From: Octopus vulgaris | Taxonomy: Eukaryota | Assembly: GCA_951406725.2 (NCBI GenBank) | Contig: OX597818.1 | Coordinates: 3,410,001 to 3,474,000 of the forward strand | Direction: 5' to 3' | Length of the DNA: 64,000 nucleotides | Shown here: in pieces, positions 12,197-26,500 of the stretch | Layout: every line of letters begins with the position of its first letter | Numbering within the stretch: the stretch's first letter is position 1 | The notes under the pieces: model-generated | Told to the model about the DNA's origin: nothing | What the model saw: the letters and a program-made list of their open reading frames with translations, nothing else | Database searches by the model: none | Translations under genes and position numbers: made by a program

Positions 12197-15100
12197 TGTT
12201 GTGATGTAAAGGAAGAAAAAGACGGAAGCGAAGAGAGAATTGCGGTAGTCTTACCTGTCAGTCCGGAAAAAGGGTCACTTTCAACGTCCACGTGCTCTGT
12301 CTAGATCTGCAAGGTTCACTCAACGTCCACGTGCGCTGTCCGTCGCCGTACAATCTAACACGTCCGCTCTGATGCGCTGTTCCCCACCGGCTGACTCCTC
12401 GCGCTTCACTGACCTCGCATGCCCACCGCGGCCCTTCTGGTATGCAATCTCTTCAGCTCCGAGTCACTCAGTCAACACACTGCAGCCACTCCTTGCTCCA
12501 GATCCTCTGGCATCTACAACCAAGATTTCTTTACTCTGGTCAGGACATCCGCTCTATTCCTCTCAGAGGGCACAAAACCTCAGGTCAAACTCAGCAGCTG
12601 GCTCACCCAGAATTCCCAAACGGCGTTTTATCAGCATCTCTGCGCCCTCTTTGGTTCGCATCCTCCGCTCACCGGTGACCACTGATCCGACCCATCTAAG
12701 TACAGTGGCCGAATCGGTTCGGATCTCGATGGTACGCAGCCCCCATCTCAGGGCCAGGTTCAACCCCTTCAACACGGCATCTAGCTCCACCACGTTGATG
12801 TGGTTGCAGTCGTCCTTCTTCCTAATCCAAGCTCCATCTTCCACCACGACACCTCCGATTTTCAGGACAACTCCCGTTGCTATGCTGCTGGCATCACACC
12901 ACACGATCCCGTTCTTCAATTTGGGCACATACCAGTTCCCTCTTACAGGGTCCTCCGCAGTTACTCTCTGCAAAACTTCTTGCATCATGGCAGTTCTCTT
13001 CTCGCCGACGTTATCACTCCACCTCACTCCTTCAGCTCGCCTCTTGATGAAGTTGCATGCCGTCCGGAGCCTTCCTGCAATCGGATAGTGTCCAAGCAGC
13101 TTCCCACACACAGAAAACAGTTCCCGCCTACTCGTCTTGGAGCCCAGTTCTGGGATCTCATTCCCTTTCTGAAACACCAACGCGCCGGCGCCTTGTCTCT
13201 CCGTAGCTTGGGTCCCAGTGCAGCTCCTCATTCCATCGCCTTGGGCGGTTTGACAGTTAGCCCAAAACTCTTCAAGTGGCTTATGACCTCCTTTGCCGAC
13301 TCTATGCTCTCGTCTACCAGGATGTCATCAATATAAGAATTGGTGGCTCTTTTCACTTTGTCGGTCTTTGCCAGGATGTTTTTGAGAATCGTCACCATAA
13401 TCTTCGGTGCTGAATTCAACCCGAATCCCAACCTGGTCAGTCAGTATGTCCGTCCCTTATACTTTACCAGCTGATATCTCCACAGTATCTCAGCCACATG
13501 CAGCTGCAGGTATGCGGACTTCAAATTTTGGAAGCCCCTGTCATCTGCCTCCACTCTCTCAAGGTATCGCTACAAATGCCCGTAGCTTCGCCGCCCGTAT
13601 GGCACAATACGTGGTCTTTCAGCTCTCGGAAATCCAATACTAGCCTGACCTTATGCTCGTCGGTTGCACCACTGCCATCAGTAGTAGCACGCCACTCTCT
13701 ACTTCCTCCTTCCAAGGAATCAGAATACCTTCCTTGATCCACCGGTCCACCTGTCCCTCTAACTTGCTTCTGGCATCCCCTTTCAGGGTATGCTGATAGC
13801 AGCCTACTGCGTTTTTCAATGTCGGAGGATCTCCCCTCTAGTTCCATTCCACTCTCCACTGCTGGCCATCGAACACGGCTCGAAAATTTTTGTCTATGAT
13901 GGTGTGTACAGCATATTTTTCTTCGCAGCTCTCACCACTCTCCTGTCGCGGACTCACAGTGCATAGCGTCCCCACATCACCGAACGCTACACCGGTTTCA
14001 TTGACCGTGACACTTCCCAAACGGACAATAGCGTCCATCTACATCACTACATCGTTTCCGTCCACTACGTGATCAATCACAATCACAAGCAACCTCAATC
14101 TTGTTCCTCGTGCCACCATCTCCACATCGCTACTTTCTCTGCATTCAATTTCCGTACCGTCAACAGCCTTTACACTACTCACTCCACTCCATTCTTCTAC
14201 CACCTCCGGAGTCATTAGGGTTATTGAGTAGCCCGTGTCCACAAGGGCTCATGACACCTTTCCGTTCACCACGACTTCTAGTACTGGCAACGACTGCATA
14301 CGCGCCTATTCTTTCGACGCGACGACAACCGGTGCAGTAGTCTCCCTTGGACCATTTCCCTGCACGCATTCACTAGCGATGTGGCCTATTTGTCTGCATC
14401 GATAGCAAATTACTCCAGGCCTGAGTTCCTTGCAATCTCTCACCATATGCAAACCCTGACACCGAAAACACTGCCCTTTGAAGGGTCACACACGTTCCTT
14501 GTTCGACTCCTCTCCGCCACTCCTTGTTTGATTCCTTCTTGGTGTTGCAGTCACTGCTAAAGGTGTCGTCCTGCAACACGAGACGATGGCTCTGGCCCGA
14601 GATATTACCTCTCCCATCACCATGGAGTGAATATTTGGAGGCTTTTGCTGGTCGACCGACACGTGGTCAGGAAATCCTGTCACAAAGGCTAATTTAACAG
14701 TTTGTTCCAACGCGTCAATTCTATATCTCACGTGTCTAGCCAATCTCCTGATCTCGTTGGCAAACACATCAACCTGTTCACCCATCCCCAGTCGACCATA
14801 TGCTATAAATAGCCTTTCTGTAAGAGCCTCCATCAGCCGGCCTTTTATTTTTTTCTGCGTTCAACTGGTCCTTCTCCATTTCCAGGTATAGCGCCAACGC
14901 CGATCCATCGGGATACAACGGTATGAAACTCGCTTGGTCATCTATACCGTGGAGTCTTGCCACCAACTTAATTTCATGCAACCAAGCGGTGACATCTCCC
15001 TCGCCACAAAATGGCCTAACCGTCTCATCCGAAACACGGATCATACCCACCATTTTTGTTTCTTGAGCGGAAATAGCTTGTGACGTAAAGGAAGAAAAGG

Positions 15101-15267
15101 ACGGAAGCAAAGAGAGAATTGCGGTAGTCTTACATGTCGGTCGGGAAAAAGGGTCACTTTCAACGTCCACGTGCTCTGTCTAGATTTGCAAGGTTCACTC
15201 AACGTCCACGTGCGCTATTCGTCGCCATACAATCTAACACGTCTACTCTGATGCGCTGTTCTCCACA
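12197..15267 (-). mobile_element. Ty3/Gypsy provirus 2 with short (~190 bp) LTRs; most of the integrase deleted
   Basis: Direct repeats ~12197-12388 and ~15077-15267 (duplicated CACGTGGACGTTGA). gag 14778-15170 and 14486-14833; PR DTG at 14039-14242; RT FGLNSAPKIM...YIDDILV; RH WCDASS...HINVVELDA...RTDS. No clear TSD. Confidence 0.9.
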
Positions 15268-18040
15268 CACAAGGAGTGAAAAAAGAATAACTCCTGCACG
15301 CACACACACTTGACTACAACTACAGACATGAAAAATACAAATAAATCAAAGGTAAATATGAGATACGTGAAAGTGAACGCTGTCAACGTCACTGATACTG
15401 CAACCACGATCGTTAACAGCCCTGTCATCACCACCAACAACAACAGCAACAACAACGAAATCATCACAAAGCCGTCCACCGTGACCTCTATCAAAGACAG
15501 TACCGCCAACACAAACACCACCACTACAACTAACACCTCTACTACCACCACCACTACCACCACCACCACCACCACCACCACCACCATCAAGGACAAAGCA
15601 AATTTCGCCGAAGCTATAAAACAAAAAAGAACAATCGTGAAATTCACTGCAGAAGAGATAAACAACACAACTTCGCTTCTTAGCAAAGAAGGAGATAATT
15701 TACATGCCCACATTCCAAAACATATAGAAAACACACAAAAAAGGACAATCATATATAAAATTATCAATACGAAGACAATACGACCGGAAAATGCACCACA
15801 AGAAAAAATAGAAAAATGCCTTCGCCTTGTTTAGCTACATAAGGAATATATAAACTGGCGGCACAAATGCAGCACTGTCCAAGTCCGGTTTCAGGACGAA
15901 AATCTGGCCAAACGGTTTTGAACACTGACTCTCCACACGGATGAGTTGGTGATGATACCAACATATTTAGGCCAGAGAGTGACGAAAGTCAAAATAAAAT
16001 ATGTCCCACCAGAAATAGAAACACAATGGATAGTATCTGCTATCTGCTTTGAAATGGCAGAGACTAACATTCTGGAAATTGCTGTTTTAGAACAGGAAAA
16101 CTGGGTCGGAAAGACACTTCAAATACTTAAGCAAATTAGAAAAGATACCCACCTCTATAAAATTGACAGAAGGCTACAGATTGTATGTAGTGGTGGAGGG
16201 CAGGCGGTCACGATCTATGCAGCGAAACACATTTAAAAAAGAAATGTCCAACTGCCGCACAACAACAAGAGCAACTACAGCAACTACCACCACAACCAAA
16301 ACACTGAGAAAAAAGTGTTACTACCCACACCACCATCAACACAGAAGACGACAAAAGAAGCATACCAACCAAACTCATTAACAATCGAAAATAAAACAAC
16401 ACCTGAAAAAATACCACCACCAACAACAGCGAGAACTAAAGGTAAGGAAAACCAAAAAGATACTAAAACTAATTCCTCCTCCCCTATATCACATACACCT
16501 CACACAAACAATCAACAACCAACACCAACGAAAATAACAGCAGAACCACTTACACAAACATACATAGAAGCTTACAATATGCCCTAACACCCTTCCGAAT
16601 CCTCAGAAATTTCGTCGGAAGACGAATGCACTGAGGAATGGCAAATAGCCAGAAAAGAAAGGAGGAAGGGAAGCAAAAAAAAAGAACAAAAGCAAGCACT
16701 AACAAAAGCAAGCAGGGAGATACACAACTCACGAAGACATTTCGAACTCTGACACAAACAATACCGACACCACAAAAACGAAGCTCACAACCATAAACAC
16801 TAAAAGCACAGAGTTGATGGAATACATCAACTCAAAAACAAACCTAACAGAAGATGACATAAAAACAAGCAACCACCCATACACAATACCACCAGAACAC
16901 ATCAAAATTTTGCACGTCACACCGACCTTGCACCACACTAAAATCCATCTACCCCAATGCGGTAGCGGATGTCAAAAATACTCCTCAAAAATACTGTACA
17001 GCAACCTCCTTAATGAAAAATCAAAGGAGGTAACAAAAATTTCGAACAGTAACTCTGTGTTCCTTTCGTTTGTGTTTTAAAAACACACAACTCATTAGGA
17101 TCATGATCAAGGTTGGTTGTGTGAATGCACGTGGCCTGGGGTCCCCTTGGAAACAAGGGTACCTCTTAAATGACATAAAGTTACACGAGTTAGGAATTAT
17201 AGCCATAAGTGAGACAACGGGCCTTAAAGTCCATGTTTGGCGGACAGTTTAACATTTATGTCTCTCCCTGTCTGCTGAGAATGGGCGGTAGTAGCACGGC
17301 GGTACTTTTTCGCAAGAGTCTAGATATCGAAGTAAAGACAATATTCGTAGACCCGGAGGGTAGACTGGTTGTCCTGGATGTCGATGGCAGCGATGGGTGT
17401 GCTTTTCGACTCCTATCAGTCTATGCACCGCCTCTAATAGGTCGGCCGGATTTCTTTCGACGTCTAGAAGTATTCCTAGGAACGTCTCGCCCTTTACTTT
17501 TAGTGGGGGATTGGAATGCTACCTTGGACACGCATCTAGACTACGTGGACAGAGAAAAGAATAGATGGGGATGCAAATGCCTCAGAGACCTGCTCAGATG
17601 CTTTCAAGTGTCTGACAGGTACTGACTCGACCACCCAAATGCGCCAACGTGGACATGGAGCAACCGCATGCGGTCGTCAAGATCGTATCTAGATAAAATA
17701 CTGTGTAGGACAGTAGACAGGGATAGCTTAGGATGTCCACAATTCCACATAGTCAGATACACGGATCAAAAACTTGTGACGTGTACTCTAGACCTAGATA
17801 AGGCACATAGGCAGGGCCCCAGTTACTGGAAACTGAACGCGTCTTTCCCGTTGAGATAGGTTTTTCAGGGACTGAATTAGCCCGCTAGTAAAGAGGGCTT
17901 TGACAGGAGCCATCACCAATAACAAATGGTGGTTCGCCCTCAAGAAAGCAATAACAGCAGAAGCGATTAGGTATAGCAAAACACTAGCAATAGATAGAAA
18001 CAGAGTAGAGGGTGACCTAGTTAAGAAGCTAGAAGAGCTG
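15268..18040 (+). mobile_element. 3'-truncated L1/Tx1-like LINE: Thr-rich ORF1 and APE endonuclease of ORF2
   Basis: ORF1 pieces 15310-15834 and 15946-16236 (PTYLGQRVTKVKI..VPPEI). ORF2 MIKVGCVNARGL...ISET, VYAP, GDWN, SYLDKI, TDQK, YWKLN. Confidence 0.9.
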
Positions 18041-18269
18041 TTTCTGCTATAAGATGCAGTGGACTCTTATACATCATCATTGATTTTGTCACTGGTAATG
18101 CTTTCCCTATATATTGCAAAAATGCAAGTTTTGCTTTCCCCACCATATACATTGCACTTCGTATTCGAAACTCAAATGAAGCTACAGGCACTCAGTTAAG
18201 AATCTACTGCATCGTATAGCAAAAACCGTTGTAAGCTAATAAAGTTCATAACATAGCCATTGTTTTCCT

Positions 18270-19914
18270 GGTTCTAGGTCAACTGCCCGATGAACAACTG
18301 CCCGACAGATTGATAGATACCTGCCCGATAGAGCACCAGGTGTCGAAAAGCCTAACAACTCTATTAACAGTGAAGCTCGTGAAACGTTTTCATCTTAATT
18401 TATATACAATTGTTAGAACCCATGCATTTAAAACTGAACGTGGAAGGTTGAAGCTGTGCTATAATTGTTACGTCTACGTTAAGAACAAGGACTTGTCATC
18501 TGGAAATACGTTCTACGAATGTGAACGCTGCCGACATAACAACTGCAAGGCCAAAATTATACTGTGTGGAGAAGAAATAATCAGCCAGACACACGAGCAC
18601 ACTCACGCTGCAGATATTCTTTGTCAAGATCTCCTATCTGTACGTGAGGAAATGAAGGAGAAAGCTATTACAACCCAGCAAACTTCACACCAAATTATAA
18701 CAAATTTTACAGAAAGTTTCAGAAAAAGTCTCTACTTAGTTACCGGCCATGAGCACTATTAGGCATTCAATCAGATGATATAAGCAAGCTATACACGCTC
18801 CGCATCCCATACCGAGAAACTTGCATGACATGGTCATTCCAGATGAATACAAAAAAAAATCATGCAATGAGGAAAATTTCTTACTTTACGATAGAGGACC
18901 CAGTGAGAACCGCATACTTTTGTTTTCTCCTGAGAAGAATATATGACTCTTGCAATCTTCAAGTGATTAGCTTTACGGTGGTACATTCAAAGTACCAGAA
19001 CTGTTTTACTAACTCTACTCCATTCACTGTTTAATCTCTAATAGAACGATTCTTTGTGTCTTTGCATTATTGCCAAATAAACGTCAAACCACTTATGAAG
19101 AACTTTTCAGCCAACTTCGGGCTATTAACCCCAGGCTCAACTCAGCTAGTATCTTGATCGATTATAAACAAGCTGCCAAGAATGCAATTACCGACATTTT
19201 TCCAAATGCAATTATTAAAGGGTGTTTTTTTCCATCTCACTCAAGGTACATCTCACTCACGGAAGGTACAGTCAGAGGGATTACAATCAAGATATTAGTG
19301 CGATGCTGATTTTACTCTAAGCATTCGTATGACACCAACCTTGGCTTTTGTGTTGTAACAGCATTTGAGCATTTACAAGAAAATTTGTGCCATGAAGCAG
19401 ATCCAATCATTGATTACTTTGAAGATGCAAATATCGGTAGAATACGACAGCGTAACAGAGGTAAACCACTCTTTCCTATTTGTATGTGGAACATGTATGA
19501 CCGCATATGCAATGATTTACCACGAACAATAAATTCCTTGGCGGGATGGCATAACCATTTACAGGCGAATGTAACGTCAAGTCATACAGGTATTTTCTTC
19601 AGGTATTGAAGACAGAACAAGCACTTAACGACACGATCATCAACCAAATTCTGGCAGGACCCAAAAAGAAAATATCAAAATTTAACGAAAAGAATTGCAA
19701 ATATTCCACTTTTTGTACTTTTATTTTACCTTTGAAAAAAATAAATTATGACAACTAAAAGGGTTTAATATTTTACTTTAGTTAATTTTCGTATTTTTAA
19801 TTTTTAGTTTCAATTTACTTTTAAATTATCAGGCAATTGTCCCTCTCGCAGTTGTATCTGTCGGGCATTTGTCCATCTGGCATTTGACTGTTGGGCACTT
19901 TTTTTCTTATTACC
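18270..19914 (+). mobile_element. Mutator-like (MULE) DNA transposon with FLYWCH domain, decayed
   Basis: YECERCRHNNCKAKI...HTH (FLYWCH); GTFK, LLPNKRQTTY, LIDY...KGCFFHLTQ, PRTINSLAGWHN. Imperfect TIRs built of TGCCCGA / TCGGGCA repeats at both ends. Confidence 0.88.
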
Positions 19915-20644
19915 GCTCTATACTCATTTAACACTTCGTTCTGAAACATACGTATGATAACATACCAAGTTATTAGTCTCACAATGCCGAAGTGAAATGT
20001 GTGTGTGTGCGTGCATGCGCGCATATATTTCGTAATGTTTATTTTTGCCTTTTTTTTTTGATAGTGCTGTATACAATAAAATGATAAAAATTTTGTTGAC
20101 ATGTGTGAATTGGTAACTGACCCAACCGCATAAGCATCTACAATGACTGTTGGACAATATATATTATTGAAACTTCTGGTGATGTCAGTACACTAGCCTC
20201 TTGAGGTGAAGATAACGAATCTTAAGAGAGACGCCACACCGGAAACATAGTGGCAATCATTTTCTTTCTGTTGACTTCGGTCAAATGATAATTATTTTAA
20301 CAACGAACGAGATGTCAGACGTCAACAGACCCATTACATTTCTTCAGAAAGTGGACGCCAACATACAATTAACTGACCACTTAACACATCAAATTGATGA
20401 GATCCTTTCGTAATATTAACAATAATGACTTCTTGTCATTAATAAACACCGCGCACGCAAGCAAGCAACATGCAAACAATACAATGTGGAATGTAAACAG
20501 AGCGAAGTTTTATACACACTTACACGTGAATACATCACAATATATTTATGTGTAAGTCACATATTTCTATACTTGCACATATAAAATATTATACAAGCAT
20601 AATTGTGTCGTTAAAAATATCAGCAGTTTTATTAATGATAGAAA

Positions 20645-20799
20645 ATCGACCCCCAGGGCTCAACTGATACTTTATTGACACTGAGAGGATGAAAGGTAAA
20701 GTCAACCTTGGCAGAATTCAAACTCAAAACGTAAAGACGGATGAAATGCTGCTAAGCATTTGTTCGGTGTGCTATCAGTTCTGCCAGCTTGCTGCCTTA

Positions 20800-20800
<1 letters not shown>
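20645..20800 (-). mobile_element. tRNA-derived SINE (family 2), partial
   Basis: Homologous to 21832-22030. Head TAAGGCAGCAAGCTGGCAGAA...GAGTTTGAATTC on -. Confidence 0.75.
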
Positions 20801-20881
<81 letters not shown>

Positions 20882-20900
20882 TGATGACGATGACGACGAC
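20800..20900. repeat. (ATG)n/(ACG)n microsatellite
   Basis: Direct reading. Confidence 0.95.
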
Positions 20901-20934
20901 TGAAAGAATAGTTTAAACAGAAAATGAACAAAAA

Positions 20935-21754
20935 AAAAAGATAAAGCATGGAAGGTCAGTACGGTCAGTTTGCAAGAGATACAAACGCCAAGACAGATAC
21001 AGAAGATTGGTGGCTATGGATGAGTAGGAGGGACATGAAGATATAGGCAGAAGCACTCACATGCGCAGCTCAAGAACAAGGGTTAAGGACCAACTATGTG
21101 AAGTGCAGAATAGACAACACTACTGATAGCGTTAAATGCAGAAAATGTGGTGAGTGAGGTGAAACGGTATGGCACATCGTTAGCGAATGTCCAAAATTAT
21201 CACAACGCGAATATAAAAGACGACATGACAATGTGACAAGAATGATCAATTGGGAGCTCTTTGGAAATCGTAGCCTACTAAGAGCAAAAACGTGATATGA
21301 GCAAACTCCAGGAGTTGCCGAAAATGAGAATTGTAATGATTCACCCGACCAGACATCGGAAAGCGACATTGTTGTGATGAAAAACAAAGAGAAAGAACAT
21401 GCATGGTAATCAACATAGCATGCCCCGGTGACAACAGGATCAATGTGAACGAAGAAGAAATAAACAACTATGACGATTTGAAGTGGGAAATACAGAGGTT
21501 GTGGTCAATGAAGAGAGCAGACGTAATATCAGTAGTAACTGATGCACTTGGAACTAACAGCACTCAGCTACTGGCTGAAGAAGTTCGGTGCATGAGTGAA
21601 AGTAGAACACCTACAAAAATCAGCATCGCTTGGAACTGCAAGAATTCTTCGCAGAGTTCTTGAAGCATGACGAGTAAACAAGTATCGCCTTAGTCTGCTG
21701 GCTGTGGACAGCTGACACTTTCCATCATACCAGCAAAATAAGCAGTGAGTTTTC

Positions 21755-21789
<35 letters not shown>

Positions 21790-21790
21790 C
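20935..21790 (+). mobile_element. 5'-truncated R4/Dong-like LINE, second subfamily
   Basis: AAQEQGLRTNY, CRKCGE..ETVWHIVSECPKL..REYKRRHD, DIVV...INIACPGD...YDDLKWEIQRLW; (AAT)n tail at 21761-21787. Confidence 0.88.
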
Positions 21791-21831
21791 GACGACCACG
21801 GCGACGACGACGATGATAATGATGATGATGA

Positions 21832-22030
21832 TTTCTAATTTTGGCAGAAGGCCAGGAAATTTGGAGCAGGGGATAAGATGATTACATCGACCCAGTGCTC
21901 AACTGGTACTTGTTTTATTGACCCTGAAAGTCAGCCTTGGCAGGATTTGAACTCTGAACATAAAGACGGATGAAATGCTGCCAAGCATTTTGTCCGACAC
22001 GCTACCATTTCTGCCAGCTCGCTGCCTTAA
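21832..22030 (-). mobile_element. tRNA-derived SINE (family 2)
   Basis: Head TAAGGCAGCGAGCTGGCAGAA...GAGTTCAAATCC; flanked by (ATA/ATG)n. Confidence 0.8.
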
Positions 22031-23582
22031 TGATAATAATAATAATAATGATGATGATGGTGATGTTACATTTTTTTTACGGAACTCACAACTACGTGTA
22101 ACTTTACTACATTAGGGTGGAGCGAAAAATGCAACTTTCGAAATTGGTAACCAAGAATCGATATTTTGTTGCGAATTAGGGATAAAACAAAAGTGTATAA
22201 AGAACTTTATGGTTAAATATTTTTTTCGGGCTCCGCAATGGCAATTGAAAATTTTTTAAATCGCTATTTTTGGTCGAATTTTGGATTTCAGGAATTATAA
22301 GTTGTAACGAATACATATTTCTTCATAGCAGAATGCAAAACAGTAAATATAATATCCTTAGAAAGTTGTGTACCAATTTTCTATACAATTGACTAATATT
22401 CTGGGGTGTGAACTTATCTCCAGTGCCGCCGCAACGGCCGTTGCGTTAGAATGTACGTCGTACGGGTGTGAAGTTTTCTTCTTTGCACCTTGACTTTAGG
22501 TCATTGTATTAAAATTAACGATCGTGTTAAATTTAGTGTTGTTTACATTTAGTGATGACTAACAAGCCAATAACGCGTCATGATACTGAATGCCCAATAT
22601 TTGGTACTCCGTGTGATCTTAGCAAACGAGTTTTGCCAACTTACAAGGACATTCTAAAATGTGTTTTATTTGAACGAGAGAAAAAAAAGAATGTAGTTAA
22701 GAAAGATCCTTCAATTAAACAAATTGTCGAAATTGTAGCAGAAAGATAATTCTTCTTTGGCAAAAGGCATCCATCCCTTGTGTTATGACTGAGTCAGTTA
22801 AACCGAAAATCTTAAACTTTTATCCAAAGTACCAAGCATTACTAAAATCTGTGAACAATAAAAAAAAGTGTCCCATCTTTTCAAATAAAGTGTAATGTGT
22901 TTAAAAATAATGCAGCAAAAGATTTGACATTTCCTGTTGCAAGTGCAACTCATTTAAAAACTGCAGTTGTAGTAGAGACAAAGAAATACCACAGAGAGAA
23001 CAGGATCAATGGACAAATCGAAAAATGATCATTGGCGGAGTAGTTCAATCAGAAGTTGATTAGAAAGTATCGGTCAGATCACAGTCATCCCTCTATGTTA
23101 GCAAAGGATTCTGAATTGATAGCGTTTTCATCAAACAGTGAATCTGGAAATGGATCAGCAGGCGAAGATGAAGATTTTCCAATTCCATTTTCCATGAAAC
23201 GAAAAGACGTCAGCAAAAACGTAAGTTCAAAAGCACCAATAAAACAAATGAAATTCCCAGAACTAGCTCCTGCCTGTAACAGCACCGGTATGTCAGACCG
23301 TGCTGCTGCTCTTGTTACAAGTTCGGTCATCAGAAACTTAACGGCAAGTACATCTGGTAAATGTTTCTTCGTTATAGACAGATCGAAAGTAAGGCGGAAC
23401 GATCCAGATAAATGTAAATCCCTGCAGCAGGAACGTAGGCCACATAAACCGTTGTCTGCCGTGTATTTTGATGGAAGGAGGGAGACAACCCCCATAAATG
23501 GGAAAAAAATGGGTGAGAAAACAATTCAGGGAGAACACATTTCATTGATAGAAGAACCTGAGTTCCGCTGTCTTGGACACTT

Positions 23583-26500
23583 TGTAGGATTTTTACGTGA
23601 TATTCGCACTTGTAGGGTGCGTCACATCTCTTTACATAGTTGTAGAAAGGGAAAATAGCAGGAACACGAATCTCCGAACGAATAACAATAATAATTTATT
23701 TTCGCCGAAATAAGCATTTCATCTCTGGACATCGGTAGCATGGACGCCTGGGGTAGGAAACAGCAGAGTCGGTTTAAATCACAACTGTTGAAAGCATTCT
23801 TCACAACTCGCCAAGTCGTATTCGCCTTCACACGGAGCTTATCTGGTTTGCGTCTGTTGCCTTCACACGGAACATGTCTGGTTTGCGTCTGTCTCTCTCG
23901 GTAGCAGAAAGCAAAAGACAGAATAGCGGTAAAAGTTAGCTGCTGATGGTTACTGCACATGCGCATAAGGGACATCCGGCAGGCCTACCGGAATACACTA
24001 ATCCTTGCACATGCGCAGATGAACATCCCAAAATGGCGTCTGAAACCTGGCGTTACTACAAGGCTTCTCCTTGAGTGCGGAGCACGAAAATATAAAGATT
24101 GTAGTGCGACCAGAAGCAAGATGGCTACCGATCACCTACAAGATGTGGCACAAAATATGATAACTCAAAAAGAAAAAAAGAATTACAATATAAATGAGCA
24201 TGCAAAAGAAAAAAATTTTCTTCAAGAAATGTTCAATAACAAAACATTGAAATGTCCAGTATGCAAGAGAACACCTGTTTGTACACACGTACACATTATG
24301 TATGCACGACGGCCATGTCTATCGTCTATAACTAATGTCTCTTTTGTCTTCTACAAAGCGTTTGTAATATACATTATCCCTCTCTGAGAGATATCACGCA
24401 AATGAGGACGTGTCAGTTAACAGCCATCCTTCGGCTGCCTAGGACCAGTTGTGTCCGCTGTTCTGATTGGTATTGGTATTCTTTTATTCCATGTATCTTT
24501 GGCTTCTTTTGTAGGCGACCGTGCGGCGTTCAAAAAGGAGACATTTCGTCACCACCCCCTTTACGTACGGTCGCTCTACAAGTTCGTAGACACGAACACA
24601 CAATAGAAAATGTCAAAAGTTTCTTGGGCCAGTGAACAGTTCGGTCAGTCCTGATGACATAGGGTCTGCTCGAGGCAGGTTGCGACGACGAAGGTGGTGT
24701 TGTAGGTGCTGGTGTTGTCAAAGGTGCATGTGTAGGTGATGGTGTTGGCAAAGGTGCACGTGTAGGTTCAATAGTGGGCGTGGCAGCGGTGTCATCGAAA
24801 GATGTGGACACCTCAAAATATGCTCTTTTAAGTCGATCTACAGAAACGGTCTCCATACGACCATTCATATCGATTGTAAAAACTTTGGGTGTGCGAGAAA
24901 GCACACGAAAGGAGAAACAAGAGGTCCCTTGATAGAGTTATCTCGAACAAAAACATGCGACCAAGAGTCAATATCTGATGGGACATGAGAAGGTGAAGAT
25001 TGGTCCCGGGAATCCATGGGCGGAAGATTAGAAAAATAGGTGCGAAGTCTGGCGATGTATGACGCCAGATTATTAAGTTGTAAAATGTCTGGTACCAACA
25101 TCGTACCAGACAATGCGAGTGTGGTACCAAACAGCAGCTCTGTGAAACCCAGATCTGCCTTGACAGCTGTACGACAGCCAAAAAGCAGGATTGGCAGAAA
25201 TTCAGTCCAGGACTGCGGATCTGGAGAGGCACGTAGAGCGGCCTTGAGCTGTCTATGAAACCGTTCGACCATCGCGTTGGAAGCTGGATGGTAACTGGTC
25301 GTGCGAATAGGATGCACACCTAGAATTCGTGACAATTCACGAAATAAAGAAGCTTCAGTAGTTAAGCTGGACGGAACTCCGAAGCGGGAAATCCAGTTAG
25401 AGACAAAAGCTTGAGCAACAGATTTAGCAGAAATGTCTGCTATTGGAATGGCTTCTGACCAACGGGAGAAGCGATCGACACAGGTCAAGGGATAAAAGAA
25501 CCCGCGACTCACAGGCCATGGTCCAACCAGGTCAATGTGGACATGGCGAAAATAGGCCTCTGGAGGAGAAAACTGTCGAAGCGGAGCACGAATGTGCCGT
25601 TAGATCTTGGAGCGTTGGCACTTGGAACGACTACGTGTCCAAGAAGTAATTGTGCGACGCATATTTGGCCAGAAAAACCGAGCAGTAATAAGCTTAAGTG
25701 TGGCAGTGATGCCCGGATGCGACAAAGAGTGCAGGGCGTCAAACACTGAGCGTTGGGGATTCTCAGGCACGAGTGGCCTGGGAGGACCAGTAGAGGTATC
25801 ACAAAGAATAGTGCCTTCAGCAAATTGGCAACAAGAAAACCTTGGCGAAGTTAGATGAAAGAGAACAGACTGGAAGACGAGAAATAGCGTCATCAGGAAC
25901 GTTCTCTTTTCCAGGTATGTGACGCATGTCACTGGTAAACTGTGAAATAAAATCCAAGTGACGGAAAGCACGAGGCGAGAGTTTGTCCGTCTTAGACGAT
26001 AGGGCAAACGTAAGAGGCTTGTAATCAGTATAGATCACAAAATCTCGCCCTTTGAGTTGATGTTGAAAATGACAAATTGACAGGTAGATCGCCAATAGTT
26101 CGCGATCAAAGGTGCTGTACCGCCGCTCAGCTGGTTGTAACTGGCAAGAAAAGAAAGCCAGAGGTCGAGTCTGATCGTCCACTGTGTGTTGCAGCACAGC
26201 ACCGATTGCAGTGTCCGATGCATCCACTGTTAACGAGAGTGAAGCATCGGGAACCGGATGTGCAAGCAACGGGACAGAAGCTAATTCCTTCTTGATGGAC
26301 ATGAAAGCAGATAATGCTTCAGCAAAGAGGGTGAGTGGACCGTCCTTTTTAGAGGTGCCCTTTAGCAGCTGAGTCAGAGAAAGTAGCTTATCCGCACACC
26401 CGGGTATAAAACGTCGGTAGAAATTAACCATGCCGAGATGATGTCTCAACTGACGCAAGGAAGAAGGAAGTGCGATGCGTTGAATGGCATCGACTTTTGA

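Noticed and set aside
15243-15834. Mucin-like Thr-rich ORF and antisense Val-rich membrane-protein ORF (also 5948-6261)
   Set aside because: This is the low-complexity N-terminus of L1/Tx1 ORF1 with an (ACC)n tract, and its antisense shadow.
20689-20916. Poly-Met ORF
   Set aside because: Artefact of the (ATG)n microsatellite next to a SINE.
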